The position numbers and the translations under genes were made by a program. The notes below the pieces were generated by a model, which searched no databases, was not told the DNA's origin, and saw only the letters and a program-made list of their open reading frames with translations. Of a stretch of DNA of 29,573 bases, positions 15,551-25,168 are shown piece after piece (position 1 is the stretch's first letter; the number at the start of each line of letters is the position of its first letter). This stretch comes from a virus (lineage: Duplodnaviria; Caudoviricetes), in IMG/VR virus record IMGVR_UViG_3300012347_000474, positions 1 through 29,573 of that record; one strand, written 5' to 3'.

Positions 15551-16987
15551 TTAACATGCACCTATATCTGTCATTTGTCTAAGATCAGGAAGACTACCTG
15601 CTAATTCTGCAGAACCTGTATATGATATACATCTTTCTATAAAATCATCAGGATCATTGGTAGCATTAATCCATCCATAAGTTAAACTTGTTCCACCACA
15701 TGGAACATAGAATGCAACTACATCGGCATTACTATATCCATATGATTTATTTTCAAACTTATATGTTCTACATCCAGAAGTTTGTGCTTCAAATGTTGTT
15801 CCATATTCAGTAGAAGAATAATATATACCAGAACCAACACCAGTTATATCTACACTACCACTAATTGTTCCTACGAATATTCTCTCATCTACACCTAAAC
15901 TACCTGTAATAGTGTTAAAGTTTTGGTCTATATAGATATAATCACCACCAGAAACTTCACCACCTTCTATGACAGTATATACTGCAATATTACTTAAAGT
16001 AGTAGTGCTGGTTGGGTTTATTTGTGTTGTAGTAGATGTAACATCTGGTTGAGTTGTTGTGCTTGTAGTGAAAATTTGAGTAGTAGTCGATGTTGTAGGA
16101 ACTGAACAAACTCCAGTAGTTGCAACAACACCAGCATTAGTTATCTGAAGAGTTATCGAAGGAGATAATCCATACGCAGTATTAATACCATACCACTCTA
16201 AATTACCATTCCATACCGTTGATAACCCAGCATTTGAATACAATACATCACCATTGGTAATAGAATTGATACTACTCTTAGTAGACCATACACTATACAA
16301 TGTAGTTGGACCACATGCAGTAGAGTTATTATTAGCTCCACCATCTTGTGCGTAGTTAATAAAATACTGATAAGCCATTGGACCAATTGTAGTTGTGCTG
16401 ACAGGAATTGTAGTTGTTGGTATTGCTGTTTCGATTGATGAACTAAAGTTAAAATTACAATCAAATGTTATTGGACTAGTTGCATCAGGAATAATTGGTC
16501 CTAATAACTGAATATTACAAGTTCCATCTTTTAAGTTGTAATCGTTTATTGCACGTAAATGGTAGTAATTACCTCTCCATTGAACAATATCGTTTAATTC
16601 CATATCAAAATAATCCGCAAGAGGTATGATTGCACTAGCATTCAGTAATCTCGTTACAGGATTATACAATAGAGTTACATACTTATCCCAATATTCGGTA
16701 TATAGAGATGCAGTAGGTGTATCACCATAAACTGATGTCTCATTAAAGAAAAGAAGTGAATTAGAACCAGTAGTTGGTATTAATCCATCGTAATTATCAA
16801 AGTAAGGGAATTGTTCTATCTGTGTAGAAACTACACCAGAACCACTACCCGTTGCATAATGTTGAATATAATAAGGTTCACAATCCTTTAATCCATTGTA
16901 AAAATAGATATGCGGTAGTGTTCTTACCGGTTGATAATCAACTGATGATATAAACGTTGGTATGAATATTTTTTGTTTTACTGCCAT
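15551..16987 (-). CDS. Tail tip protein (hub C-terminal-like part) with Thr-rich mucin-like linkers
   Basis: LYTEYWDKYV..LY...R...D......ND......Y....I.DYNL..G motif, then PTTT and TSTTTQ repeats. Confidence 0.65.
   Translation of the reverse strand: MAVKQKIFIPTFISSVDYQPVRTLPHIYFYNGLKDCEPYYIQHYATGSGSGVVSTQIEQFPYFDNYDGLIPTTGSNSLLFFNETSVYGDTPTASLYTEYWDKYVTLLYNPVTRLLNASAIIPLADYFDMELNDIVQWRGNYYHLRAINDYNLKDGTCNIQLLGPIIPDATSPITFDCNFNFSSSIETAIPTTTIPVSTTTIGPMAYQYFINYAQDGGANNNSTACGPTTLYSVWSTKSSINSITNGDVLYSNAGLSTVWNGNLEWYGINTAYGLSPSITLQITNAGVVATTGVCSVPTTSTTTQIFTTSTTTQPDVTSTTTQINPTSTTTLSNIAVYTVIEGGEVSGGDYIYIDQNFNTITGSLGVDERIFVGTISGSVDITGVGSGIYYSSTEYGTTFEAQTSGCRTYKFENKSYGYSNADVVAFYVPCGGTSLTYGWINATNDPDDFIERCISYTGSAELAGSLPDLRQMTDIGAC
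15998..16099 (-). repeat. Coding repeat (about 27 bp period) encoding TSTTT(Q/L) x4
   Basis: PTTSTTTQIFTTSTTTQPDVTSTTTQINPTSTTTL. Confidence 0.85.
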
Positions 16988-16999
16988 TTCTATTTTATT

Positions 17000-19114
17000 T
17001 TACGCTTGAGCGGTTACTTCACATAAGAATTGAACGTTACTACTTAAATCACTTGATTGAATTGTATAATTTACACTAGCAGTACCTGTGCCTGATTGTA
17101 ATACAATAGGAACACCACTTAATATTTTTGTAAATGTATATGATAAAGTTCCAACACCAGCAAAACCAGTAGATTCAAATGTTATAACATCACCATTTTG
17201 AACATTGTATGTAGTGTATCCACTTGCAGGATCACTTTCAGTACGTGTTTGGTTACTAGTAAATACCTGTGCATCTGCTTGAGATATATAGTAAGTTCCT
17301 AATTTAAGATTACTAACCGCAACTGCAGTTGAACCACCACTTAATGTGCTAGCATTTGCTACTGCTCTAAATCCTGCAGTTCCAAGTTGTGCAGAACCAG
17401 ATACACCAGTTCCTTGTAAATAAAGAAGTGGTGAAGATGCAAACTTAGTTTTAACATCAAACGTTCCTTGTGAGAAGAAGTTTTCAGTATCTGTATAATA
17501 TGATTTACCATACTCTCTATTTGCCGCTTTACTAAATTGTTGAGAAACATAATCTCCATCCAATGTATCACCAAAGTTTAATTGGTTCACAGCAAGGTTA
17601 TTTGCCGGCACTACTTCAATCTTCTCATTTAAGTTGATATACTTATCGAAATCTACAATTTGTCCTCTGTTATACCAATTATTGAAGGTTTCAACAATGA
17701 ACTCTCTATTCTTTGTTTTATTAGGATAAATTACTAAATTAAATTTCTTTTGAACTGATGTAATAAAATCAATCAGTTTAATACCCGTAGTTCCATACGG
17801 CATATTATCAGCAATGTTCATTACCAAATTATCACCACCTTGATTTACCTTTGTTATTTGTAAATAAGATTTAGTTGATGCATCTGGATTTAAGGTTACT
17901 ATGAAATTAGAACCTCCTTGATTTTCATATCTCAAATAAAACCTATAATTACCAACTCCTAATTCAGCTGTATTAAATTCAGTAAGTAATTCAAACTTTT
18001 GAGTTTTAGTTTGAGTATTATTATAAATCTGAACATCTGTTAGGTAATTGTTATAATTTACCAATGTAGTTGTAGATTGAACTACATCAAATTCATCTTT
18101 AATATCTAAATAAAATTGTGGAATACCATTACCTGATGCAGATGATGATACCTCAAAGTTAAGATTTAGTTGTCCTCTTAATTTAGATGAAACACCTAAA
18201 GAATATGATAAATCAGCTGAAAGTGAATCAGATGGGTTCTCGTTTATGTTATACCAATTTAAGAATAGTGAATTACCTGCAGTCATTACGATATCAGTTC
18301 CACTACCACTAATTGGTGATATTTTAAACAACCCATAAGTTTCTAAGTTGATATTCTCAAATACTGGATAACGTAGGTTGTTATTACATACCATATATAC
18401 GTTATCTAAGAATGGTTCATCGAAAAATGAAGATGAATACGAATATCCAAACTCTTCAAATACCGCATCCCAAACTTTCTTAACTCTAATTGCAGGTTTA
18501 TAATCTTGAACTGCAAGTGCACCTTCAACCGAATCTATACCAAAGAAGTTTTCTTCTGGTGTATATTGTATCTTTTGTCCATATTCAATAAATGGATAAA
18601 CGATATCACCATCAAATAAATGTCCACCCCACGATGATGATATATTATCATAGGATGCAGTGTGATTATACTTTGCAAGAGATGATGTTAAATCAGTTAG
18701 GTAATAACGATTTATATCTCTACCAAATGATGATAAACCACCATAGATAGAAATCTCATAGGATTCAACGAATTTGTTTGCGTATAGGTTTACCTTATTT
18801 AATTGAAGATAACCTTCAGAAATGTAAATACCATCGAAATCGAAGTATGCTGGAACTTTAACGTTGGTTCTAAACAAATAAGGATTCTCAATTGCTATAT
18901 CGTATACGTGTTGGAAGAACGCGTTGTTCTTCTTAGTTCCAGGTATAGTAATTTGTCTTGTAAAATCAGATGGTAAAACTCCTAAATCAAATAGGCCTGT
19001 AACATTATTGGATACCATAATACTTTCATCTTGAAAAGTATCAAGTTGTTCGTAACCAACACTACCACTCGCCATTAAACGGAAATTAAACCCTTTGCTA
19101 CTATTTACACCCAT
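17000..19114 (-). CDS. Tail hub / baseplate protein
   Basis: 704-aa beta-rich; LDTFQDE.I, SDFT..I.IPGT..NN.FF, DYKPAI, FI..V.K.FNL motifs. Confidence 0.7.
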   Translation of the reverse strand: MGVNSSKGFNFRLMASGSVGYEQLDTFQDESIMVSNNVTGLFDLGVLPSDFTRQITIPGTKKNNAFFQHVYDIAIENPYLFRTNVKVPAYFDFDGIYISEGYLQLNKVNLYANKFVESYEISIYGGLSSFGRDINRYYLTDLTSSLAKYNHTASYDNISSSWGGHLFDGDIVYPFIEYGQKIQYTPEENFFGIDSVEGALAVQDYKPAIRVKKVWDAVFEEFGYSYSSSFFDEPFLDNVYMVCNNNLRYPVFENINLETYGLFKISPISGSGTDIVMTAGNSLFLNWYNINENPSDSLSADLSYSLGVSSKLRGQLNLNFEVSSSASGNGIPQFYLDIKDEFDVVQSTTTLVNYNNYLTDVQIYNNTQTKTQKFELLTEFNTAELGVGNYRFYLRYENQGGSNFIVTLNPDASTKSYLQITKVNQGGDNLVMNIADNMPYGTTGIKLIDFITSVQKKFNLVIYPNKTKNREFIVETFNNWYNRGQIVDFDKYINLNEKIEVVPANNLAVNQLNFGDTLDGDYVSQQFSKAANREYGKSYYTDTENFFSQGTFDVKTKFASSPLLYLQGTGVSGSAQLGTAGFRAVANASTLSGGSTAVAVSNLKLGTYYISQADAQVFTSNQTRTESDPASGYTTYNVQNGDVITFESTGFAGVGTLSYTFTKILSGVPIVLQSGTGTASVNYTIQSSDLSSNVQFLCEVTAQA

Positions 19115-19115
19115 C

Positions 19116-20285
19116 TTAAATTATAAGTTTGTAAGTTTGACCATAATTGAAATCAAATGCATATTGAATTACCTTATCTACAACTCCTGTTTTAAAGGTA
19201 ACTGAATTAGTTGATATTGTTATTGGTCTTAAATCGTTAGTGGTTTCATCATAAACCCAATACATTTCATCACTAACTAATAATTGTTTAAATATATCAT
19301 TATAATCTTCACTAACCCAGTTAGAGTTTACAGAGATTGCTTCTGTTGTATCTACAAGGTAGTTTAAATTATTAGAATCATAATTGTTGTATGATAGTGA
19401 AGAACCTCCCCACGAACCAATCTGTGGTTGATAAACTGAACGATTTACATTGAACGTTTGTTTATTCACCATATTGAAATTGAAATAATCAAATTGTCCA
19501 TATCTATTCTTCCATTTAATTCTAATGTTAGGATACTTTTGATTACAAGTAAGTTCATACTTAATAGGAGTTCCTAATGGAGTAGAACCATTATATGCTT
19601 GAACGGTATACCATTCCAACCCAATCTTTGATAATGGGAATCCACTTTGAGATGGCCCAATTGGATATTGTATGATTTGTCCTGATGTAGTAGTTGTTGG
19701 TGAAATTGTATAATTAGCAGTTGCTCCTAAATTAGAAGTATAAAAAACTTTAGTTGGAGTTGCACTTCCACCATAATCACCACCATATACTCCACTCACT
19801 CCCATATTAAAATCAAATGCAGATTGTGTTGCAGGACCATCTGTCATTAACGGCCAGTGTGGTGTTTTATCTTGTATTGATTGTGAGATTGGTTCTTGAA
19901 ATAAACCATATCCATCTATATATTTATATGTTTCAGTTTTTACATGAGAACCAGTAGTATATCCAATACCATTAAAGTATTGCCAGTATCCATCTACTGC
20001 AAAGTATTTTACATTGGATGAATTTGCCTGTAATAAATCAGTAAGGGTTGAATTAAGGATTCTACTAACATCAAAGATACCTACATTTGATTCGTTTGGA
20101 TATTTGACAAGAGTGTAGTTAGCAGCAGAACCTGAATTAGTTAGTGCTCCACTCCAATAGTATAAATCACATACATACTGAAATGATGATGATGTTAAAA
20201 CACCACTACTTTCACTTAACGTTATTGCAATAGGTGATTGTGCTAGATTTACTTTCGGTGGTGTTTGTGTTATCGATAATGCCAT
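19116..20285 (-). CDS. Distal tail / baseplate structural protein
   Basis: C.QKYP..IKWKNRYGQFDYF.F, NS.WV.E....F.QL..S motifs; position in the tail block. Confidence 0.65.
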   Translation of the reverse strand: MALSITQTPPKVNLAQSPIAITLSESSGVLTSSSFQYVCDLYYWSGALTNSGSAANYTLVKYPNESNVGIFDVSRILNSTLTDLLQANSSNVKYFAVDGYWQYFNGIGYTTGSHVKTETYKYIDGYGLFQEPISQSIQDKTPHWPLMTDGPATQSAFDFNMGVSGVYGGDYGGSATPTKVFYTSNLGATANYTISPTTTTSGQIIQYPIGPSQSGFPLSKIGLEWYTVQAYNGSTPLGTPIKYELTCNQKYPNIRIKWKNRYGQFDYFNFNMVNKQTFNVNRSVYQPQIGSWGGSSLSYNNYDSNNLNYLVDTTEAISVNSNWVSEDYNDIFKQLLVSDEMYWVYDETTNDLRPITISTNSVTFKTGVVDKVIQYAFDFNYGQTYKLII

Positions 20286-20306
20286 ATACTTCTAAATCAT
20301 TTATTA

Positions 20307-20313
20307 TATAACC
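20307..20313 (-). promoter_or_regulatory. Phage late promoter variant GGTTATA
   Basis: Plus-strand TATAACC, 22 nt from ATG 20285. Confidence 0.55.
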
Positions 20314-20342
20314 AATTTCAAAATAAAAAGTATGGATGGTTA

Positions 20343-20780
20343 TTATCTAATGTAGAAATTCTTAACTGCAGTATTTAACCTTTTGGTAAAATCATCAACC
20401 AACTCATCCTTAAAATTGATTAATAACTTATCGTATTCATCTCTGACAGATTTATCAGTAAATGCTTTATTACCAAAATCTATACTATTAGGAACGTTCT
20501 TAGTTTTACCATTACGGACAGTTTTACTGACAGTAGGTTTATTCCACCATTGTCCATATTCTGCACCCGGAGGTGAAGTGTTTAACATAAAGGTAAGTTT
20601 GAAATTATCACCTGATACTCTACTTTTCCACATTGTTTTTGGTTTATTGTAGGTATTTAAGGCACGTAGTAAGTTCTTTGTTTTCTTTGGTGCATAGAAC
20701 ATTGCAACACTTTTAATTTGTGCAGCAACTTCTTCTATACCTTTGGTATTTTTTACAATATCTGAAAAGGATTTTGCCAT
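20343..20780 (-). CDS. Tail completion / neck protein (HK97 gp10-like)
   Basis: Basic 145 aa with AP..T.NL motif, next to connector genes. Confidence 0.5.
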   Translation of the reverse strand: MAKSFSDIVKNTKGIEEVAAQIKSVAMFYAPKKTKNLLRALNTYNKPKTMWKSRVSGDNFKLTFMLNTSPPGAEYGQWWNKPTVSKTVRNGKTKNVPNSIDFGNKAFTDKSVRDEYDKLLINFKDELVDDFTKRLNTAVKNFYIR

Positions 20781-21295
20781 TATAATAAATCAAATAAGCA
20801 ACGATTTCTATCATTATGAACTGTCAGAGTAAATGTTGAAGCCCAACCTGCAAGACCATTGTTAAATCTATCTTCGAATGGTTCGTTAGTGATAGTATCA
20901 TTGATTTCTAAACCATCTACACTCTTTTGTGTGTATGCAGTTAAATCGTTGATAATACCCAATGTATTTGCATGGATATCAACCACATCATCCACTCCAT
21001 AGAACGGAATCGTTTGTGCGTTAGTAATCGGATTAGATTCATTATTCTTATTCTTAATCTTATCTGCAACAATTAACTGAATACCATAGTTAGTAAGAGT
21101 TCCATCAAACTCAGCAGATGTAATAGATACATTACCAACTGGATACATAGGAAACTCTCTAGTATCAAAATCTTGTATATTACCTTGTGTTACCACCTGT
21201 ATAGATGGATGGTTCTCCATAATCGTTTTAAAATAGTTTAAAACGTTATAATAGAGACTGTAATTTACACCATCATTATGAATTATTGCTGCCAT
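20780..21295 (-). CDS. Tail terminator-like protein
   Basis: HP.I..VT.G...DFD....YP..NV; PFEDRF.N.LAGW. Confidence 0.6.
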   Translation of the reverse strand: MAAIIHNDGVNYSLYYNVLNYFKTIMENHPSIQVVTQGNIQDFDTREFPMYPVGNVSITSAEFDGTLTNYGIQLIVADKIKNKNNESNPITNAQTIPFYGVDDVVDIHANTLGIINDLTAYTQKSVDGLEINDTITNEPFEDRFNNGLAGWASTFTLTVHNDRNRCLFDLL

Positions 21296-21303
21296 ATAGT
21301 TTA

Positions 21304-21822
21304 TTATAATTGAATTCCACCAAAAAATTGATTTGTTTGGTCTGGATATATCTGTGTTTGGTTTCCTACTGATTCCAAATATTGTGGAATGTTGTTTGAG
21401 TATGCAATCAAATAATTTTGTAATCTCAATGCATAATAATCAGCATTCGTTTGTGCTTGTTGTTTTAGATAATCGATTTCAGTTTTAGTTGGTGCAACAC
21501 CTTGTTCAGATTGTTGTTTTACTGCACCATTTGATTTGAACTGAACAGATGAGAATGGAATATATTCCACACAACTATACCAAATTAACGTTGGTTTGAT
21601 ATGGTCATCTAATAGGTCTTGATAATATGCACTAAGAGAACCGATAGTTCCATCGGTAATATTTGCTTGTAAGAACTCATATAATACTGTCCCTAAAAGA
21701 TTCTTTAAGTATTTTACCTGTGCCGTAGCTAAGAATGGTAAAAGTGCATCTGCATCTATTGAACCCTGTAAAGGAGAGTTCTTAATTAAATCGTTTCTGT
21801 TTATAAAAAGAGCTGTTGCCAT
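21304..21822 (-). CDS. Head-tail adaptor
   Basis: ALFI.R.DL, AQ..Y...LLGT.LY, IKP.L; directly after the portal. Confidence 0.65.
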   Translation of the reverse strand: MATALFINRNDLIKNSPLQGSIDADALLPFLATAQVKYLKNLLGTVLYEFLQANITDGTIGSLSAYYQDLLDDHIKPTLIWYSCVEYIPFSSVQFKSNGAVKQQSEQGVAPTKTEIDYLKQQAQTNADYYALRLQNYLIAYSNNIPQYLESVGNQTQIYPDQTNQFFGGIQL

Positions 21823-21827
21823 AGTTT

Positions 21828-23132
21828 TTAATTAAATCTTTTATTAAAGTATTGTGAGTTTGTTCCGTGTGTTCTAATCAATTCTAATTCTTCTGCATCA
21901 GTTCTCTTTATCACTTCAGTATCGATTCCATCATCAGTATCCGTAGGTGTTGCCATTGAATCATTTACTTCATCTTCTACTTGTTCAATTGTTTTACCAG
22001 TTTCTTCTGCAGTTTGAGAAAGAATTACTAATGGTGTTAATTGTTCGAAATACAACTCTAAATCTTCGATACCACCTTCAGATAAGGCAGTGTTGATATA
22101 GTTTAATAGAAGGTTCTGAAATGGTTGAACAGTCATCGTTTGTAAGATAGAGTATGCAGTTTTCATCTCCTCTGATTGAGAACTAAAACCATTGTTAGTA
22201 GTTCTAATACCGAATAATAAAGGTGATGTAATCTTATGTCCTACAAGGATTCTATCTTGTGCATATTCTGCAACGTATTGGAACTTCTCATGTAAGTTAT
22301 CTACTTGGATTGGTGTAACGGTTGGTTGTGTTTCTTTATCATCGTTAAATGATACCATAAATCTACCACCATTGTTAGTTCCTGTGAACTTAGCATATAA
22401 TAAATCCTCAATCGTTTGTCTTTCCTCCGGTGCTGGAACTCCATTGTTGAAGTTAATCATCAACGTAGGTAAGAAACCATTAGTGATTGAGTTAATATGT
22501 AAATTAGATAATTCACCTTCTGCAATTGCATATTGTAATGCTGATACCCAATCAGGTAAAGAGTAGTAATACAAATTAGGTGAGTAATCTTTGATATAAA
22601 GAACTTCTCTTTTCTCATTTGATGTTCCAAATGCTGGAATCTTTATCTTATCTCTAACCTTTCTTTGGTCTCTCCAATCAGTGCAATAGTAGTAATTTTC
22701 TACTCTTGTATTATCATATAGTTTTTCTGCACGAAGGGTTTGAACTGGAATATGATAAAACTTAATTACTTTTGTATGGTCATCATTCCAAAACACTTGG
22801 AACGCAGAATTACCATATAATTTCAAATCAAATGCAACTCTTTTTAACTCCTCTTGTGGAATTAACTTCTCATATGCCTTTTGTAATTCAGGTTTCGCAG
22901 TATATAATCCTTTACCAAATATTAAATCAGCAAGATTATTAATACAAGTTGATGTAGTAGTTGAATCATTGTATGCTAATACAACTGCATCCCAAAAATC
23001 ATCTTGTCCAAAGACACCAAATGGCACCCATGCAAAACGAGTTTTAGTATCTTCGGAGATTTGTGGAATTACATTATCCGATAGTTTAACTACGTTGAAT
23101 TTGTGTTCTCTTTTAATTGATTTTGTATTCAT
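21828..23132 (-). CDS. Portal protein
   Basis: 434 aa; WVPFG, DLKLYGN, YYSLPDW, NGF.P, KFTGTNNGGRF, I..GH.ITSP.LFG. Confidence 0.88.
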   Translation of the reverse strand: MNTKSIKREHKFNVVKLSDNVIPQISEDTKTRFAWVPFGVFGQDDFWDAVVLAYNDSTTTSTCINNLADLIFGKGLYTAKPELQKAYEKLIPQEELKRVAFDLKLYGNSAFQVFWNDDHTKVIKFYHIPVQTLRAEKLYDNTRVENYYYCTDWRDQRKVRDKIKIPAFGTSNEKREVLYIKDYSPNLYYYSLPDWVSALQYAIAEGELSNLHINSITNGFLPTLMINFNNGVPAPEERQTIEDLLYAKFTGTNNGGRFMVSFNDDKETQPTVTPIQVDNLHEKFQYVAEYAQDRILVGHKITSPLLFGIRTTNNGFSSQSEEMKTAYSILQTMTVQPFQNLLLNYINTALSEGGIEDLELYFEQLTPLVILSQTAEETGKTIEQVEDEVNDSMATPTDTDDGIDTEVIKRTDAEELELIRTHGTNSQYFNKRFN

Positions 23133-23133
23133 A

Positions 23134-23493
23134 TTATCTGATGATTATATATTCGTTATTTGAATCATGTGAAATTGTATCATTAATCTGTGTCTTATAA
23201 GATGGTTTATCTACCGATTGTGAATGGAATACTGAAATAGAACCATTCCAAATTGGTTCACTACTACCACTTGCGTAAATGATTGCACGATATTCTTCAC
23301 CATCTATTGCTCCACTTATTGATGCAGTAAATGAAAGTAATGATTCATATGTATTAATTGAAATACCATTAAGTGATGCAGTAGAGTTTGTTAGGGTTGT
23401 CATATCCTGCAAACTCATTGTTACATTTGTGGAGGTATTAACTCCTGTTCTAATGGTGTATTCGTTACTAGCTGATGTGAAATAAGTAAGCAT
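23134..23493 (-). CDS. Small structural protein (Ig-like, Ser/Thr-rich)
   Basis: 119 aa beta-rich, ends SNNEYII; first gene after a late promoter. Confidence 0.55.
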   Translation of the reverse strand: MLTYFTSASNEYTIRTGVNTSTNVTMSLQDMTTLTNSTASLNGISINTYESLLSFTASISGAIDGEEYRAIIYASGSSEPIWNGSISVFHSQSVDKPSYKTQINDTISHDSNNEYIIIR

Positions 23494-23523
23494 TATCCTG
23501 TAATTAGATTGTTTTATCTAATA

Positions 23524-23530
23524 TATAACA
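23524..23530 (-). promoter_or_regulatory. Phage late promoter motif TGTTATA
   Basis: Plus-strand TATAACA directly downstream of the terminator at 23559-23583. Confidence 0.7.
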
Positions 23531-23558
23531 AACTATTAAAGATAAATATGATGACAAT

Positions 23559-23583
23559 AAAAAACCCCACCGAAGTGGGGTTT
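23559..23583 (-). terminator. Rho-independent terminator after the capsid/tail tube genes
   Basis: AAACCCCAC-TTCG-GTGGGGTTT-TTT with a C(UUCG)G tetraloop. Confidence 0.9.
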
Positions 23584-23604
23584 AGTATTTTATTCTATAC
23601 TGAA

Positions 23605-24150
23605 TTATGAATTAGTTCCATACACAATGGTTGGTTGTGCGGATAATCCTGCGAAAGCATTAGATGTTGTTGATCCGGATAAGAATGCTGCTGGTAATCT
23701 TTCTTGACCTGTGAATGTAGATGAATACCCGTAAAGGTCTCCAATTGCTCCACCTGTTTGAATAGTTCCCGCAGTTAAATCTGCACCTTCTTTTTCACCA
23801 ACTAATAATGCATCACCATTTTGTGTCCAAACAACGATTTGAGGTCTTCCGTATGCTAACACTTTTAATTGTGTTGTCATTTCGTTAGTTAATTTCTTCA
23901 AATTCAATGTTAATTCTTGAGAGAAGAATGTAGTTCCATTATCTCTTGATGAATTGACAGTTTCAGTATAGCTGCTATTTCCCTTCAACTCGTAGTAATA
24001 TACGGTTGAGCCGGATGGTAAAGCAGTTACTTCACCATTTGCGTTTTTTGTGAAAGAGCCAGTTGTAAAGTTTAAAAAGTAAACTCCTTGAAGTCCACCA
24101 ATTGAATCCTTACATACTTCATTTCTTCCAGCGGTTATATTACATGCCAT
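23605..24150 (-). CDS. Major tail (tube) protein
   Basis: MAC.IT.GR...CKDSIGG...VYF; NGTTFF.QEL; GY..TF.G.E; co-transcribed with the capsid. Confidence 0.75.
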   Translation of the reverse strand: MACNITAGRNEVCKDSIGGLQGVYFLNFTTGSFTKNANGEVTALPSGSTVYYYELKGNSSYTETVNSSRDNGTTFFSQELTLNLKKLTNEMTTQLKVLAYGRPQIVVWTQNGDALLVGEKEGADLTAGTIQTGGAIGDLYGYSSTFTGQERLPAAFLSGSTTSNAFAGLSAQPTIVYGTNS

Positions 24151-24180
24151 ACTATTAAGGTTGTTTTAGTTAGTTAAAAA

Positions 24181-25146
24181 TTAATATGCTCCGTAGTAAA
24201 CGATATCTTGACCAATACCGAAGTTTACACCTGCAGTATATCTCATGATAATTCTGTAATTTTGTGAGCCGTCAATGTTAGCCATATCTAAAACTTTAAC
24301 TTCATTGTGGTCATTTAATAAACCAGTTGCGAAGAATAAGTTAGATTTTTGAGCTGCAACGATTTTGTTATCACTCATACCTGGACATAATACGATTTCA
24401 ACACCTTGGAAGTTGAATGGTTTTTCACCAACGTTCATTTGTGTATTGAAACCTGATTGGTTAGCGTTACCACCTAAAGCAGTTTGATATGCTCTAGCTA
24501 CTTTAGAACCAACGTAGATTACTAAATCTTCTTTACCATAAACTGCTGATGGAACTGTCTCATATACTGAACCTAATACTGAAATTACGTTTGTAGATGT
24601 TACTGAACCAGAGATGATTACAGAACCTGATTTAGCTGCTAATACTGCACCTGCACCACCTGCTGCTACTGAAGCAGATAACAATGTTTCAAAACCTGTG
24701 AATGAACCATTTGTGTTAGTTCCTTGCCAGATTGAAGTTTCAGTTGCTTGAGCAACTTGTCCTGCTACGTAAGAAATTAAGTAATCGTTGAATGATGCTG
24801 GGATAGTATCAAACGCAGAGTATCCTAATTGTAAAGATTCCCATGAATCTACAAATTCTTGCTTACACAATTGTAAGTTAACTTGCAATTCTTTTGGTTC
24901 TAAAATTCTTTCTGATAATGCAACACTACCAGATGTTACGAAATCACAAGAAGCATCTTGTACGATTCCTGATACGTCAAGTTTCTGAATTACAGATTTA
25001 AACTTAACGTTTGGTTTGATTGTTACCAATTTGTTATCCAAAGTCTTAGCAGATAAAAGTGCCGCTGCGATATACTCACCTGCGAACTCACCTGCGTAAG
25101 TGTTTTGTGTAAAAGTTGGTAACGCGAAATTTTGTTTGTTTTTCAT
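24181..25146 (-). CDS. Major capsid protein
   Basis: TYAGEFAGEYI.AALLS, L.P.ELQVN..LCK, IW.G, NL.F.TGLL.D.NEV; likely start ATG 25146. Confidence 0.85.
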   Translation of the reverse strand: MKNKQNFALPTFTQNTYAGEFAGEYIAAALLSAKTLDNKLVTIKPNVKFKSVIQKLDVSGIVQDASCDFVTSGSVALSERILEPKELQVNLQLCKQEFVDSWESLQLGYSAFDTIPASFNDYLISYVAGQVAQATETSIWQGTNTNGSFTGFETLLSASVAAGGAGAVLAAKSGSVIISGSVTSTNVISVLGSVYETVPSAVYGKEDLVIYVGSKVARAYQTALGGNANQSGFNTQMNVGEKPFNFQGVEIVLCPGMSDNKIVAAQKSNLFFATGLLNDHNEVKVLDMANIDGSQNYRIIMRYTAGVNFGIGQDIVYYGAY

Positions 25147-25168
25147 GTTTTTACTTTTTTTGTTAAAA

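Noticed and set aside
14945-17574. Alternate-frame minus-strand ORFs 14945..15157, 16198..16464, 17359..17574
   Set aside because: Nested within real genes; the first two stay open because Thr-repeat codons give His/Leu/Gln runs; none has recognisable motifs
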